The notes under the pieces: model-generated
Database searches by the model: none
What the model saw: the letters and a program-made list of their open reading frames with translations, nothing else
What the model was told of the DNA's origin: nothing
Translations under genes and position numbers: made by a program
In this document: in pieces, positions 38,774 to 48,068 of the stretch
How positions within the stretch are numbered: position 1 is the first letter of the stretch
Layout of the letters: every line of letters begins with the position of its first letter
Assembly: GCA_017531445.1 (NCBI GenBank)
Contig: JAFXKZ010000001.1
Location: forward strand, 1,522-65,521
DNA: 64,000 bases
Direction of reading: 5' to 3'
DNA from: Kiritimatiellia bacterium
GTDB lineage: Bacteria; Verrucomicrobiota; Kiritimatiellia; RFP12; DVOR01

Positions 38774-40408
38774 ATGGTATCATTTTTTGAGAAACTGTTT
38801 GATCAGGAGGTGGGTTTTTGCCGCCATCGTCCACTCTTCGGTTGGACAATGGCACTTGCGTTCGGCACTGGGTTGGGTTATTTTTTCGGTGGAGCCTGGG
38901 GATGGTTGCTTTTGGCCACGGGGCTGCTCTTCGCAGCATGGCGCACAAAGACGATTTCGGTCGCGGTGGCATTATGGGGGTGTTGCTTCGCACTTGCCGC
39001 GTGGCGCGCGGCACTTTTACATGATCGCAACGAGGCTGTCTTAACGCAACTGCGGGAATATCAAGCCGCAGGAACGCTCTTTGAACTGAAGGTTGTCGTC
39101 GCAAATGACCGGCAAATCGTGCAGCGGAAGCGTGGCGGTCCTTACTGCCGTTTTTCGGCAGATGAGGCGTGGCTGCCCGATGGTACAGAGGTGCATGGTA
39201 CAAATCTGCTGGTGTATTACTATGACCGGAAGGGCGACTTTCCGGAAACAGGCGAGACGTGGTTGCTGAAGGCCAAGCTCAGAGGCGGCGCGTATCTCCA
39301 TCGGCTTTCACTGTCTGCCCGGGGTGAACACGCCCGACCCTTGCCGCAGGAAAACCGTCAAAGCGCGCTCCAGTACCGTCTGGCCTCCTTGCGCAATCGA
39401 TTGGCAGAAACGTTGGCTTTGGGGGTGAGTGAAGCGGAGGCACTGCTGACGCAAACGATGGTTTTGGGCACACGTTCGCGTTTGCCGATGGCATTGCGTC
39501 AGCGATATGCCGATGCCGGGATTCTCCATATTTTTGCCATCAGCGGACTGCATGTGGGAATTATTGCAGGGCTCTTGATCTGGTTGCTTTCATGGCTTGG
39601 TATACGATTGCGGATGAGAATCTTTCTGATTTTGCCCGCGCTGTTGGGGTATTTATTGCTGACCGGCATTCCGCCTTCGGCGGCACGGGCCTGCTTGATG
39701 GCGATCATTTTCTGCTTTGCACCGTCGATTTTGCGGAAGTCGGATGGTGCAAGTGCGCTTTTTGCCACGGCGGCGGTGGTGTTGCTGATTGAGCCGGGCT
39801 GGATCGCCAATGTGGGGGCGTTGCTCTCGTTTTGCGTGATGGGCGGAATCTTTCTCTTCACGAAACCGTTTACCTATTTCCTCAATCGCTTTTTCCGTTC
39901 GGCGGTGCATCGGACGCCCGATGGTGCGCTTGCAGAAGAGCTGCCGTGGCATTTGATATTGCGTCAGCGGGCGGCAATGATTCTGGGGCTCTCCTGTGCT
40001 GCCTGGCTTGCGGTGTTGCCACTGAGTTTGTTTTTCTTCGGGAGAGTGTCGGTGGTTGGATTGCTGCTCAATTTGTTTGTGCCGTCACTTGTGGTGATGA
40101 TTGTCTGGTGTGCGTGCCTGAGTGTACTGTTTGGGTGGTGGCTTCCGGTTGTTGCGGTGGCATTGAATAATTTGAACGCCTTGTTGTTTGCGCTGATTGA
40201 CCGGGTGTCGGCAGGGGCACTCCGATTGCCGTTTTCCGCGTATGAACTGGAGCATAGGCCCGGAGTTACGCTGGTGTTGATTATGGGCTTGGGGTTGGTC
40301 TCCCTGGGGATGTGGCTGGGATGCCTGGAGCGGACGTATCGGAAGAAGGACCCGCTTGATCCTGAAAACTTCCGTTTTTTACCGGAATCTTCGCCGGAGC
40401 TCCGCTGA
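38774..40408 (+). CDS. comEC: ComEC/Rec2 competence channel (no C-terminal beta-lactamase domain)
   Basis: AGILHIFAISGLHVG, PSAARACLM, LLSF; multi-TM. Confidence 0.88.
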   Translation: MVSFFEKLFDQEVGFCRHRPLFGWTMALAFGTGLGYFFGGAWGWLLLATGLLFAAWRTKTISVAVALWGCCFALAAWRAALLHDRNEAVLTQLREYQAAGTLFELKVVVANDRQIVQRKRGGPYCRFSADEAWLPDGTEVHGTNLLVYYYDRKGDFPETGETWLLKAKLRGGAYLHRLSLSARGEHARPLPQENRQSALQYRLASLRNRLAETLALGVSEAEALLTQTMVLGTRSRLPMALRQRYADAGILHIFAISGLHVGIIAGLLIWLLSWLGIRLRMRIFLILPALLGYLLLTGIPPSAARACLMAIIFCFAPSILRKSDGASALFATAAVVLLIEPGWIANVGALLSFCVMGGIFLFTKPFTYFLNRFFRSAVHRTPDGALAEELPWHLILRQRAAMILGLSCAAWLAVLPLSLFFFGRVSVVGLLLNLFVPSLVVMIVWCACLSVLFGWWLPVVAVALNNLNALLFALIDRVSAGALRLPFSAYELEHRPGVTLVLIMGLGLVSLGMWLGCLERTYRKKDPLDPENFRFLPESSPELR

Positions 40409-40512
40409 AAATCGGGGAGCATTTGCGGGGGCTTCCATCGGGATTTCACCTGTGTTTGGGTGTAAATACGTTGGGGGACAGGCGATTTTTAGCGTGATGA
40501 GCCCGTGAAGAT

Positions 40513-40544
40513 AAAATAAAAAAATCGACCGTTCCCGATCGATT
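40513..40544 (-). terminator. Terminator of the tRNA operon
   Basis: Minus strand AATCGATCG-GGAA-CGGTCGATT followed by a T run. Confidence 0.7.
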
Positions 40545-40556
40545 CCTTCCGGTTTA

Positions 40557-40632
40557 TGGTAGGGGTGCACGGGCTTGAACCGTGGACCCAGTGATTAAGA
40601 GTCACTTGCTCTACCAACTGAGCTACACCCCC
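40557..40632 (-). tRNA. tRNA-Lys(CTT)
   Basis: 76-nt cloverleaf, anticodon arm AGTGA-CT-CTT-AA-TCACT, GGTTCAAG T-loop, encoded CCA. Confidence 0.95.
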
Positions 40633-40639
40633 ATAAAGA

Positions 40640-40715
<76 letters not shown>

Positions 40716-40750
40716 TTTGGTAGGTTGTCTTTGGCGTTCCATCTTCGGAA

Positions 40751-40826
40751 TGGTAGGGGTGCACGGGCTTGAACCGTGGACCCAGTGATTAAGAGTCACT
40801 TGCTCTACCAACTGAGCTACACCCCC
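40751..40826 (-). tRNA. tRNA-Lys(CTT), second identical copy
   Basis: Identical to 40557-40632. Confidence 0.95.
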
Positions 40827-40834
40827 ATAAGAGA

Positions 40835-40910
<76 letters not shown>

Positions 40911-40929
40911 ACGCTCAAAAACGGGTCAT

Positions 40930-40958
40930 ATGATAGCAGTTCTCTTCTGGGGATGCAA
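40930..40958 (-). promoter_or_regulatory. tRNA operon promoter
   Basis: TTGCAT-N17-TATCAT with TG extension; A-rich upstream. Confidence 0.75.
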
Positions 40959-41051
40959 GTATTTTTTTCAAACAGGATTAAAAAAATGAAAAGGCGTAGG
41001 GTTTCTGTGCATTTATCAACGTGTGGAAGAAAGGATGAGAGGGGCTCAAAG

Positions 41052-41179
41052 CGGCTGGGGCGAAAGAGGTGAAAAGCTTGATAAATCAAGGTTTTGAAGA
41101 TGGGCGAAAGTGAGGGTGGAACGTGGGCGAAATTGCGCGGTCGTTTCGCCCATATGACGCAAGAAGATGGGCGAAACTG
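41052..41179. repeat. 22-bp phased pseudo-palindrome array F
   Basis: Cores at 41058, (one unit skipped), 41102, 41125, 41147, 41169. Confidence 0.85.
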
Positions 41180-41371
41180 AATGCGCGTTCCGCTGGAGCC
41201 GTGGAATGAGGGCGTAAAAAGGTGGCATTGCTTCCGCCGGGCGTGGTGGTCTCCGGCGTTGATTCCGGTGAGACAGCGGCGCGAAAAAGACTTTTGTCAT
41301 GGTCGCCGCGGGCACACGAAAAAGGCGATGGCAACAGACGTTTGGCAGAGACGGATGTGCTATAATAATAG

Positions 41372-41500
41372 ACGTCATTTTCAGGGACGGGTGAGATTCC
41401 CTATCGGTGGTATTCAGCCCACGGGGTCTTTGTCGGGTGGCAGGGGCCGGATGCGATATTGCGCAGCCGACGGTTAGAGTCCGGAATGAAGAAGATGACG
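41372..41500 (+). ncRNA. FMN riboswitch (RFN element)
   Basis: CGTCATTTTC-AGGGACGGGTGAGATTCCC-TATCGGTGGT...AGCCCAC...GCCGACGGTTAGAGTCCGG...GAAGATGACG; upstream of ribBA; TGcTATAAT at 41358-41366. Confidence 0.9.
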
Positions 41501-41530
41501 GGCGCCCCTTTGGGGGCATTGGATGAAAGT

Positions 41531-42742
41531 ATGTCAACGGAAGCGTTTGATTCGATAGAGGCTTGCTTGGAAGAACTCCGGGCGGGTCGCTTCATCGTAA
41601 TTACCGACGATGCGCAGCGCGAGAACGAGGGCGACCTTGTGATGGCGGCCGAGTGCGTGACGCCGGAGGCGGTGAATTTCTGCATGATGCAGGCGCGTGG
41701 GCTGCTGTGTGCGCCCTGTGCCGGTGAGATTTTGGATCGTATGGGCGTGGCGCAGGCTCCGAGTGTCAATCGGGGAGATGCCTTTTCAACGGCGTTTACC
41801 AATAGCATTGACGGTGCGCCGCACACGGGGGTGACGACGGGGATTTCCGCAGCAGATCGCGCTGTAGCGGTGCGGTTGCTGGTGGATGATGCCGCAACGC
41901 CGGCAGATTTGGTTTCGCCCGGGCATCTTTTCCCGCTCCGGGCGCGGGAAGGGGGCGTTTTGGTGCGCGCAGGTCATACGGAGGCAACGGTGGATCTGGC
42001 GCGTTTGGCAGGATTCAAACCCGCCGGAATTTGCTGCGAAATCGCGAAGGACGATGGCACGATGGCGCGTCTTCCCGATCTGATTCCCTTTGCACGGAAG
42101 CACGGATTGAAGTTGTGCTCGGTGGAGCAGTTGATTGCCTACCGCAAGAAACATGAAACGTTGATTGAGCAGGTGGAAGAGGTGGATTTGCCTACGGCTT
42201 ACGGGCATTTCCGGTTGCATATGTTCCGCAGTCGCGTGGATGGTCTGGAGCATTTGGCTCTGACGATGGGCGATCTTTCCGTCGGGGAGCCTCCGCTTGT
42301 GCGTGTGCACAGTGAATGTCTGACGGGGGATGTGTTCGGCAGTGCGCGGTGTGATTGCGGATGGCAATTGCAGAATGCCATGCGGCAAATCGCCGCCGAA
42401 GGGCGCGGATGTGTGCTCTATATGCGTCAGGAAGGGCGCGGAATCGGGTTGGCCAATAAGCTGCATGCCTACCGGTTGCAAGAGCAGGGATGCGATACTG
42501 TCGAGGCGAATGTGCGGCTCGGTTTCGCGCCGGATTTGAGAGACTACGGCGTAGGCGCGCAGATCCTTGCGGCGCTGGGTATCCGCAGATTGCGTCTGCT
42601 GACCAATAATCCGCAGAAGGTAATCGGACTTGCCGGGCATGATTTGGAAATCGTCAGTCGCGAACCCATCGTGGCGGAAGCCGGGCCGTTCAATGCCCAT
42701 TATCTCGAAACCAAAAAAGAAAAGATGGGACATTTGCTCTGA
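41531..42742 (+). CDS. ribBA: Bifunctional DHBP synthase / GTP cyclohydrolase II
   Basis: RENEGDL, TTGISAADR, RAGHTEA; RVHSECLTGDVFGSARCDCG, QEGRGIGL, LLTNNP. Confidence 0.96.
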   Translation: MSTEAFDSIEACLEELRAGRFIVITDDAQRENEGDLVMAAECVTPEAVNFCMMQARGLLCAPCAGEILDRMGVAQAPSVNRGDAFSTAFTNSIDGAPHTGVTTGISAADRAVAVRLLVDDAATPADLVSPGHLFPLRAREGGVLVRAGHTEATVDLARLAGFKPAGICCEIAKDDGTMARLPDLIPFARKHGLKLCSVEQLIAYRKKHETLIEQVEEVDLPTAYGHFRLHMFRSRVDGLEHLALTMGDLSVGEPPLVRVHSECLTGDVFGSARCDCGWQLQNAMRQIAAEGRGCVLYMRQEGRGIGLANKLHAYRLQEQGCDTVEANVRLGFAPDLRDYGVGAQILAALGIRRLRLLTNNPQKVIGLAGHDLEIVSREPIVAEAGPFNAHYLETKKEKMGHLL

Positions 42743-42790
42743 GAAATGTCCGTAACCAACAGCAAACCTCATTTGAAAAGGAATCAACTT

Positions 42791-43252
42791 ATGACCGAAA
42801 TCACCGGAGACTTGACTGCAAAAGGAATGCGCCTTGCCCTTGTTGTCAGCCGCTTTAACGCCATTTTTACCGAGCAACTCCTCAAAGGCGCGTTGGATGC
42901 CGCTGCCCGTCATGGCGTGGAAACGGATGACATCACCGTGGTGCGGGTGCCGGGAGCCAATGAAATTCCTCTCGCGGTGCGTCGCCTGATCGCGGCAAAG
43001 CGTCCGGACGCTGTGGTGGCATTGGGTGCCGTTATCGACGGCGCGACCGATCATGCCATGCTGATCAACACATCTGTGGCGCGCGCATTGTGTCAGATTG
43101 GGCTGGATACCGGGCTTCCGGTGCTGAACGGAATCGTTTGCGCTCATTCCCTTGATCAGGCCATTGAACGCTCGGGTTCAAAAGCAGGAAACAAAGGTTT
43201 CGACACCGTTGTCGCTGCGATTGAAACCGTAAATGTGCTGAAACAACTCTAA
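42791..43252 (+). CDS. ribH: 6,7-dimethyl-8-ribityllumazine synthase
   Basis: VSRFN, VPGANEIP, LGAVIDGATDH, QAIERSGSKAGNKG. Confidence 0.95.
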   Translation: MTEITGDLTAKGMRLALVVSRFNAIFTEQLLKGALDAAARHGVETDDITVVRVPGANEIPLAVRRLIAAKRPDAVVALGAVIDGATDHAMLINTSVARALCQIGLDTGLPVLNGIVCAHSLDQAIERSGSKAGNKGFDTVVAAIETVNVLKQL

Positions 43253-43265
43253 GGAGTGCCGAAAA

Positions 43266-43772
43266 ATGAAGACCTCTCCTACCACCAAGCGTCGCAGTGC
43301 CCGCGAATGGGCATTGCAAATGATTGTGCAAGCGGATTTGAATCCCTTCGTTGATGTAGAGATGATTCTCAAGCATTTTTGGGAACAACAGTGGAGTTAT
43401 CTTCAGGAAGACGCCGGGACTGACGGCGAAGAGCCGGATGTAATTACCAACTTGTTGAAGCCGAATGAACGTCTTGCCGCGCCTTCCATTCAGGAATTTA
43501 CGGAGGCTTTGGTGCGCGGAGTCCTCGGTAATGTGGAGCAGTTGGATGCGGAAATCACGCCGTATTGCGAGAATTGGAGCTTGGAGCGCGCCGGAGTGAT
43601 TGAACGGTGTGTGCTGCGTTTGGCCTTTTACGAGATGACTTCAATGGATACGCCTGTCCCGGTCGTGATCAATGAAGCGGTGGATTTGGCGAAATACTTC
43701 TCGAATCCGGAGTCGGGAGCCTTCGTTAATGGGATTCTGGATCGTCATGCCCGTAAGCGCAAATCGTGCTGA
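43266..43772 (+). CDS. nusB: Transcription antitermination factor NusB
   Basis: RRSAREWALQ, NWSLER, VINEAVDLAK, FVNGILD; ribH-nusB synteny. Confidence 0.93.
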   Translation: MKTSPTTKRRSAREWALQMIVQADLNPFVDVEMILKHFWEQQWSYLQEDAGTDGEEPDVITNLLKPNERLAAPSIQEFTEALVRGVLGNVEQLDAEITPYCENWSLERAGVIERCVLRLAFYEMTSMDTPVPVVINEAVDLAKYFSNPESGAFVNGILDRHARKRKSC

Positions 43773-43885
43773 TTGGGGCGTTGATCCGGCATGATCGGCT
43801 CGGCTTGCCGTCCGGAATGACGGCGCACGTTGTGCAAACGCAAGGGCAGAAACAGTGATTATTTGAAGCGGAGAGGACGGCATTT

Positions 43886-44797
43886 ATGGCAAAGATGGCA
43901 GTGAATCTGGGTGGGATTGCGATGAAGAATCCCGTGACAGTCGCCTCGGGGACGTTTGGTTACGGCCAGGAGTATGCGCAATTGTTCGACATTTCGCGCT
44001 TGGGTGCCGTCACGGTGAAGGGGATCCGTGCTTGTCCCTGGCCGGGCAATCCGTTGCCACGCCACACCGAAGTCCCCGGCGGAATGATCAATGCAATCGG
44101 CTTGCAGGGACCGGGAGTGGAGGAGTTTATCCGCGAAGATATGCCATTTTTGGTGGAGAAGGGCGTCCCTGCGATTATCAATATCTGGGGGACTTCAGTA
44201 GACGAATATGCGCAAGTGGCGGCGCGTTTGGAGGGTGTGCCGGGGGTGGCTGGTCTGGAATTGAACGTTTCCTGCCCGAATGTGAAGGAGGGCGGTGCCA
44301 GTTTCGGGACGCGGGTTGAAACGTTTACGGAGGTGGTGCGGGCGGTACGTGCGGCAACAACGCTTCCGATTATGCCCAAACTTGCTCCGAATGTGCCGGA
44401 TGTCCGCCCCTTTGTGCTGGCGGCACAGGAGGCAGGCGCGGACGCTGTGGCTCTGATCAACACGCTGCCGGCGATGGCAGTGGATTTGGAGACGCGCCGC
44501 CCGATTCTTGCGAACAAGGTGGGCGGTCTTTCCGGTGCGGGCATCCATCCGATTGCTCTCAAGCATGTTTACGAGGCAGCGCAGGTGGCTTCGGTGCCGT
44601 TGTTGGCGATGGGCGGTATCTTTTCTGCCAAAGATGCACTTGATTTTATTCTGGTTGGCGCGACGGCTGTGGCGGTGGGGACAGCGACATTTATCGATCC
44701 TTTGGCTCCGATTCATGTGCTTGAGGGTATGGAGCAGTGGTTGGATGCGCATGGCATCGCTGATGTGAACGAGTTCCGCGGCACACTTCGCGTTTAA
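43886..44797 (+). CDS. pyrD: Dihydroorotate dehydrogenase, class 1 catalytic subunit
   Basis: KNPVTVASGTFGYG, NAIGLQ, ELNVSCPNV, KLAPN, INT, GGLSG. Confidence 0.95.
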   Translation: MAKMAVNLGGIAMKNPVTVASGTFGYGQEYAQLFDISRLGAVTVKGIRACPWPGNPLPRHTEVPGGMINAIGLQGPGVEEFIREDMPFLVEKGVPAIINIWGTSVDEYAQVAARLEGVPGVAGLELNVSCPNVKEGGASFGTRVETFTEVVRAVRAATTLPIMPKLAPNVPDVRPFVLAAQEAGADAVALINTLPAMAVDLETRRPILANKVGGLSGAGIHPIALKHVYEAAQVASVPLLAMGGIFSAKDALDFILVGATAVAVGTATFIDPLAPIHVLEGMEQWLDAHGIADVNEFRGTLRV

Positions 44798-46396
44798 GTG
44801 TCTCTGCTGCCGATGGCCGAGATGTCGCCAGAATGGTTTACGCAAGGGCCGGCAGCGGAATTGCAGGTCTGGCGGGCGTTGCGGAACAATCTTCCGGACG
44901 CGTGGACAGTATGGCACCGGTTTGCATATTCTTCGGTTGATCATTCCGGGCAACACTCCGGGGAGATTGATTTCGTTTGCTTCCATCCCCGTCGTGGGCT
45001 TGCCGTCATTGAGGTGAAAGGCGGAGCACTTTCGTTTGAGGACGGGCGTTGGTTTCAAGCGGGGCACGTGCTTAAGCGCAGCCCGTTTGCCCAACTTTCA
45101 ATGGCGCGTTCGGCTTTGTTGGCATTGCTTCCGCGCCGGGAGGGTGCGCCGCTTCGGATGCCTGTTGCGGCGTTTGTGTGGATGCCGGCGGTGAATCGCG
45201 TGGAGAGTGAACCGCCGGAGGGCGCGGGAAGAATGCTTTATCTGGAGGATCTTGCCGCTCCGGAAAAGGCACTTACAGCGGCGTTGCCCCTGTTGGAAGA
45301 GGGAGAAATCACCCTCTCTGCTGCGCAGTTGAAGGCGTTGCTGACGCCTAAAGTCGCCTATGCGCTTGCTTGGCAACAGCGGCAAACGTTGGCCGATGCG
45401 CGCTTATTGCAGCTTACGCTCGAGCAGGCGCGCACACTTGATGCCTTCGCGCAATTTCCGCGCTTGCGTGTGCGCGGATGTGCCGGTTCGGGCAAGACGC
45501 TGCTTGCGCTTCGCCGGGCCTATCAACTGACATCGCAGGGCAAACGTGTCCTTCTGCTCTGCTTCAATCTCCTGCTTGCGGCGCATTTGCGGAAGATTGC
45601 CGGTCACACACCCGGCTTGCGGATCGACGCGGTAAATGATCTCTTCCTGGAACTTTTGAATCGCACCGAAACCAACGATCCGGAGTTTTGGCATCGGCTT
45701 GCCGAAGATGCCGTGCCCGAAGCCGCGCGTTTCTCCCGCGAACAGCCTTATGATGCCATCATCATTGACGAGGGACAGGATTTTTCGCCACGGATTTGGA
45801 AGGCCGTCAAAGCACTTGTCCCACCGGAAGCTGAGTGGATTATCTTTTACGACCCTGCGCAAAATATTTTTCAGCGATCTTTGGAGGCAATGCCGGTCTT
45901 TCCCTGGCCCGAAGCTGTGCTTACGCGCAATTGCCGTAATACGCGCACCATCTGTGAAGCGTTGCAACCTTACGTCTCCGATGCGATCGCCATCCCGGAA
46001 GAGACGCCGCAGGGTGAGGCTCCGGAGTGCTATGTTGCCGCGTCCATTTCTGCGCTCCGAGCCCGGTTGATTGCGCTGTTGGAGCGGCTGACGCTGCACG
46101 AAAACATTCCGCTGGAATCGATTGTGATTATGGGGGCACACGCACGTGCCCGGATGGCATTGACCTCCGTAGAAGCACGTTTCCCCGACCTGCGCTACTT
46201 CACTTACCGTAAATTCAAAGGGTTGGAAGCCCCGGTGCTCATCCTGCTGGATGTGGATGAGACCCATCCGCTCTGGGATGCTTCAGCCCGGTATACCGCG
46301 ATATCGCGTGCAGTCCACAAGCTGATTATCCTTTCGCTTGAAACACCTGCTGCGGAAACTCCGGCATCAGAAACAGCTTCCACCGGGCGGACTTGA
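44798..46396 (+). CDS. NERD nuclease domain fused to an SF1 (UvrD-like) helicase/ATPase
   Basis: GEIDFV...IEVKGG (NERD); GCAGSGKT Walker A; IIIDEGQD; RNCRN; FKGLE; YTAISRA. Confidence 0.88.
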   Translation: MSLLPMAEMSPEWFTQGPAAELQVWRALRNNLPDAWTVWHRFAYSSVDHSGQHSGEIDFVCFHPRRGLAVIEVKGGALSFEDGRWFQAGHVLKRSPFAQLSMARSALLALLPRREGAPLRMPVAAFVWMPAVNRVESEPPEGAGRMLYLEDLAAPEKALTAALPLLEEGEITLSAAQLKALLTPKVAYALAWQQRQTLADARLLQLTLEQARTLDAFAQFPRLRVRGCAGSGKTLLALRRAYQLTSQGKRVLLLCFNLLLAAHLRKIAGHTPGLRIDAVNDLFLELLNRTETNDPEFWHRLAEDAVPEAARFSREQPYDAIIIDEGQDFSPRIWKAVKALVPPEAEWIIFYDPAQNIFQRSLEAMPVFPWPEAVLTRNCRNTRTICEALQPYVSDAIAIPEETPQGEAPECYVAASISALRARLIALLERLTLHENIPLESIVIMGAHARARMALTSVEARFPDLRYFTYRKFKGLEAPVLILLDVDETHPLWDASARYTAISRAVHKLIILSLETPAAETPASETASTGRT

Positions 46397-46399
46397 AAA

Positions 46400-46527
46400 C
46401 ACCTTGGGCATCTTCGGTTTTCAGTTTCGGCGATGTTCCCCCTCCACTTTCGCCGAAACTGACGCTCAATGCGGGCGATGTTGCCCGTCAATCCCGCCCA
46501 TGTTGATGACGGCCTTCGGCGCAAGCA
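46400..46527. repeat. 22-bp phased pseudo-palindrome array G
   Basis: Cores at 46406 (degenerate), 46428, 46451, 46473, 46495, 46517. Confidence 0.85.
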
Positions 46528-46705
46528 GTTTCAGCTTCTTGCCGTTGGCTCCGACGAATTGTCAAAGGTGGTTGTGGGTAGGGTGCCGGTTGTATTCCGC
46601 AGATGCGTGTGTTACACTTTAGGTGCTGGTCAAACGGAATGAATGTCGCCCGGAGGTGAACCGGGGAAATCGTGCGTTCTAAAACAAAAACAGAAGGTGT
46701 TGAAA

Positions 46706-47677
46706 ATGAATCTGCATATGAAAACGGCAGTTTTGCTGTGGATAGGGCTGTTTCCTGTAGGGATGATGGCGCAAAAAATTATTCTTGATGGCGAAGGTGC
46801 AGCATTGGAAGCGCAAATGGAATTATATTCCCGCAGGACGAACAGTGCGGCGATGAAGCAGCAATATGCTTCGTATGCGACGAGAGAAGACTATACGGAT
46901 TTCTCTGCGGTGCAGTTCAAAGAAATCTATGAAAAGCAGTTAAAGGCGATGTTTCTGATGGTTGGTGGTAAACTCATTCAAGTGAAAGAATGGCGATATC
47001 GTGATCCGTTATCGTATCCTATTGCACCGAGGGCGAGGTTGGAACCGATTGAAAATCTTCCGGTGCCGATACCGGAAAAGTATCGCGTGCAAGTGAAAAC
47101 GCCGCTGGGAAATGGGTGTTATCTGGCGAAGGTCTGCAAAGGGCGGCAGGGTTATCTCTACAAGGGACTTGTGGTGTTTGAGGGTGCAAATGCGGCAAAT
47201 TATCGGCCGGATACGGTATTGGAAGCCTATTTGATAAAGATCAATCCGCTGGAAGTTACGGGCATAACGCTTCCGGAACCGGTTGCGATTGCTTGGAAAT
47301 GCGTCCCGGATGAGATGGGTGATTCGGTGCATCCGCCGACATTGCAAGAAATGGCGGCGGCAATGAAAAGCGGGCGTGTCGCGCCGATTGTTCTTGTTCC
47401 GGAAGGTGATTTACCGTGTGAAATGTGTGCTGCGACCGGGATTGATCAAGCCAAAATCGATGCCGCTGCTGCCGCAGCCAAAGCAGAGAGTCGCCGTTTG
47501 GGGAAAAGCAGACGAACGTATGATCCTTTGGGGAAAGCAACGGTAAAACGGAACGATCTGGGAGAATCAAAGGCGTTTACTGCCGCGAAGCTGAAACGCA
47601 ACAAGCCGAAATGTCAAACGTGCGGCGGCGATGGGAAAGTGCCTTGCGAGGTGTTTCGCCGCTTGATCCAGAAATAA
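46706..47677 (+). CDS. Exported hypothetical protein with a split DnaJ-type zinc knuckle pair
   Basis: Signal-peptide-like N-terminus; CEMCAATG and CQTCGGDG. Confidence 0.7.
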   Translation: MNLHMKTAVLLWIGLFPVGMMAQKIILDGEGAALEAQMELYSRRTNSAAMKQQYASYATREDYTDFSAVQFKEIYEKQLKAMFLMVGGKLIQVKEWRYRDPLSYPIAPRARLEPIENLPVPIPEKYRVQVKTPLGNGCYLAKVCKGRQGYLYKGLVVFEGANAANYRPDTVLEAYLIKINPLEVTGITLPEPVAIAWKCVPDEMGDSVHPPTLQEMAAAMKSGRVAPIVLVPEGDLPCEMCAATGIDQAKIDAAAAAAKAESRRLGKSRRTYDPLGKATVKRNDLGESKAFTAAKLKRNKPKCQTCGGDGKVPCEVFRRLIQK

Positions 47678-48068
47678 TCCGCCGCAAAAGGCGGTGTCCG
47701 CATGATGAGAGGTTTGCGCCCTTCCGAAGATACATACAGGATGGCGGCTGTCTGTGTGTAAGAATTTTGGTGGAGGGGCGGCATCTCTTTGAATGTTCAT
47801 TCAAAAACTCCGGTAGTGTGCGTGGCCGATGATTATCCGGTATTGGTACAACCTTCCGGGGGAGATGAACGCTTTGGGAAAAACGGTGGTGTGCGGCCAC
47901 TGCGTTGTTCCCGGTTTACGTGAAAATGCTCCTCCGTTTTTCCCGGATCAAGAATCCTGATTGTTACTGTTAATGGCCGCAAGCTTCATCAAAATAAACC
48001 ACGGTTTCCTCCGGATCGGGAAGATGAGCGCAGGGTGTGGGGTACGCACGGAGAACGCCGCCAAAGGG

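Noticed and set aside
40409-40556. tRNA 3' end as an island attachment site
   Set aside because: No integrase and no separate partial tRNA repeat seen
41786-43147. 453-aa - strand ORF
   Set aside because: Antisense to ribBA/ribH
47678-48068. 390-bp convergent gap with several TCCGG/CCGG words
   Set aside because: No consistent period or recognisable RNA structure
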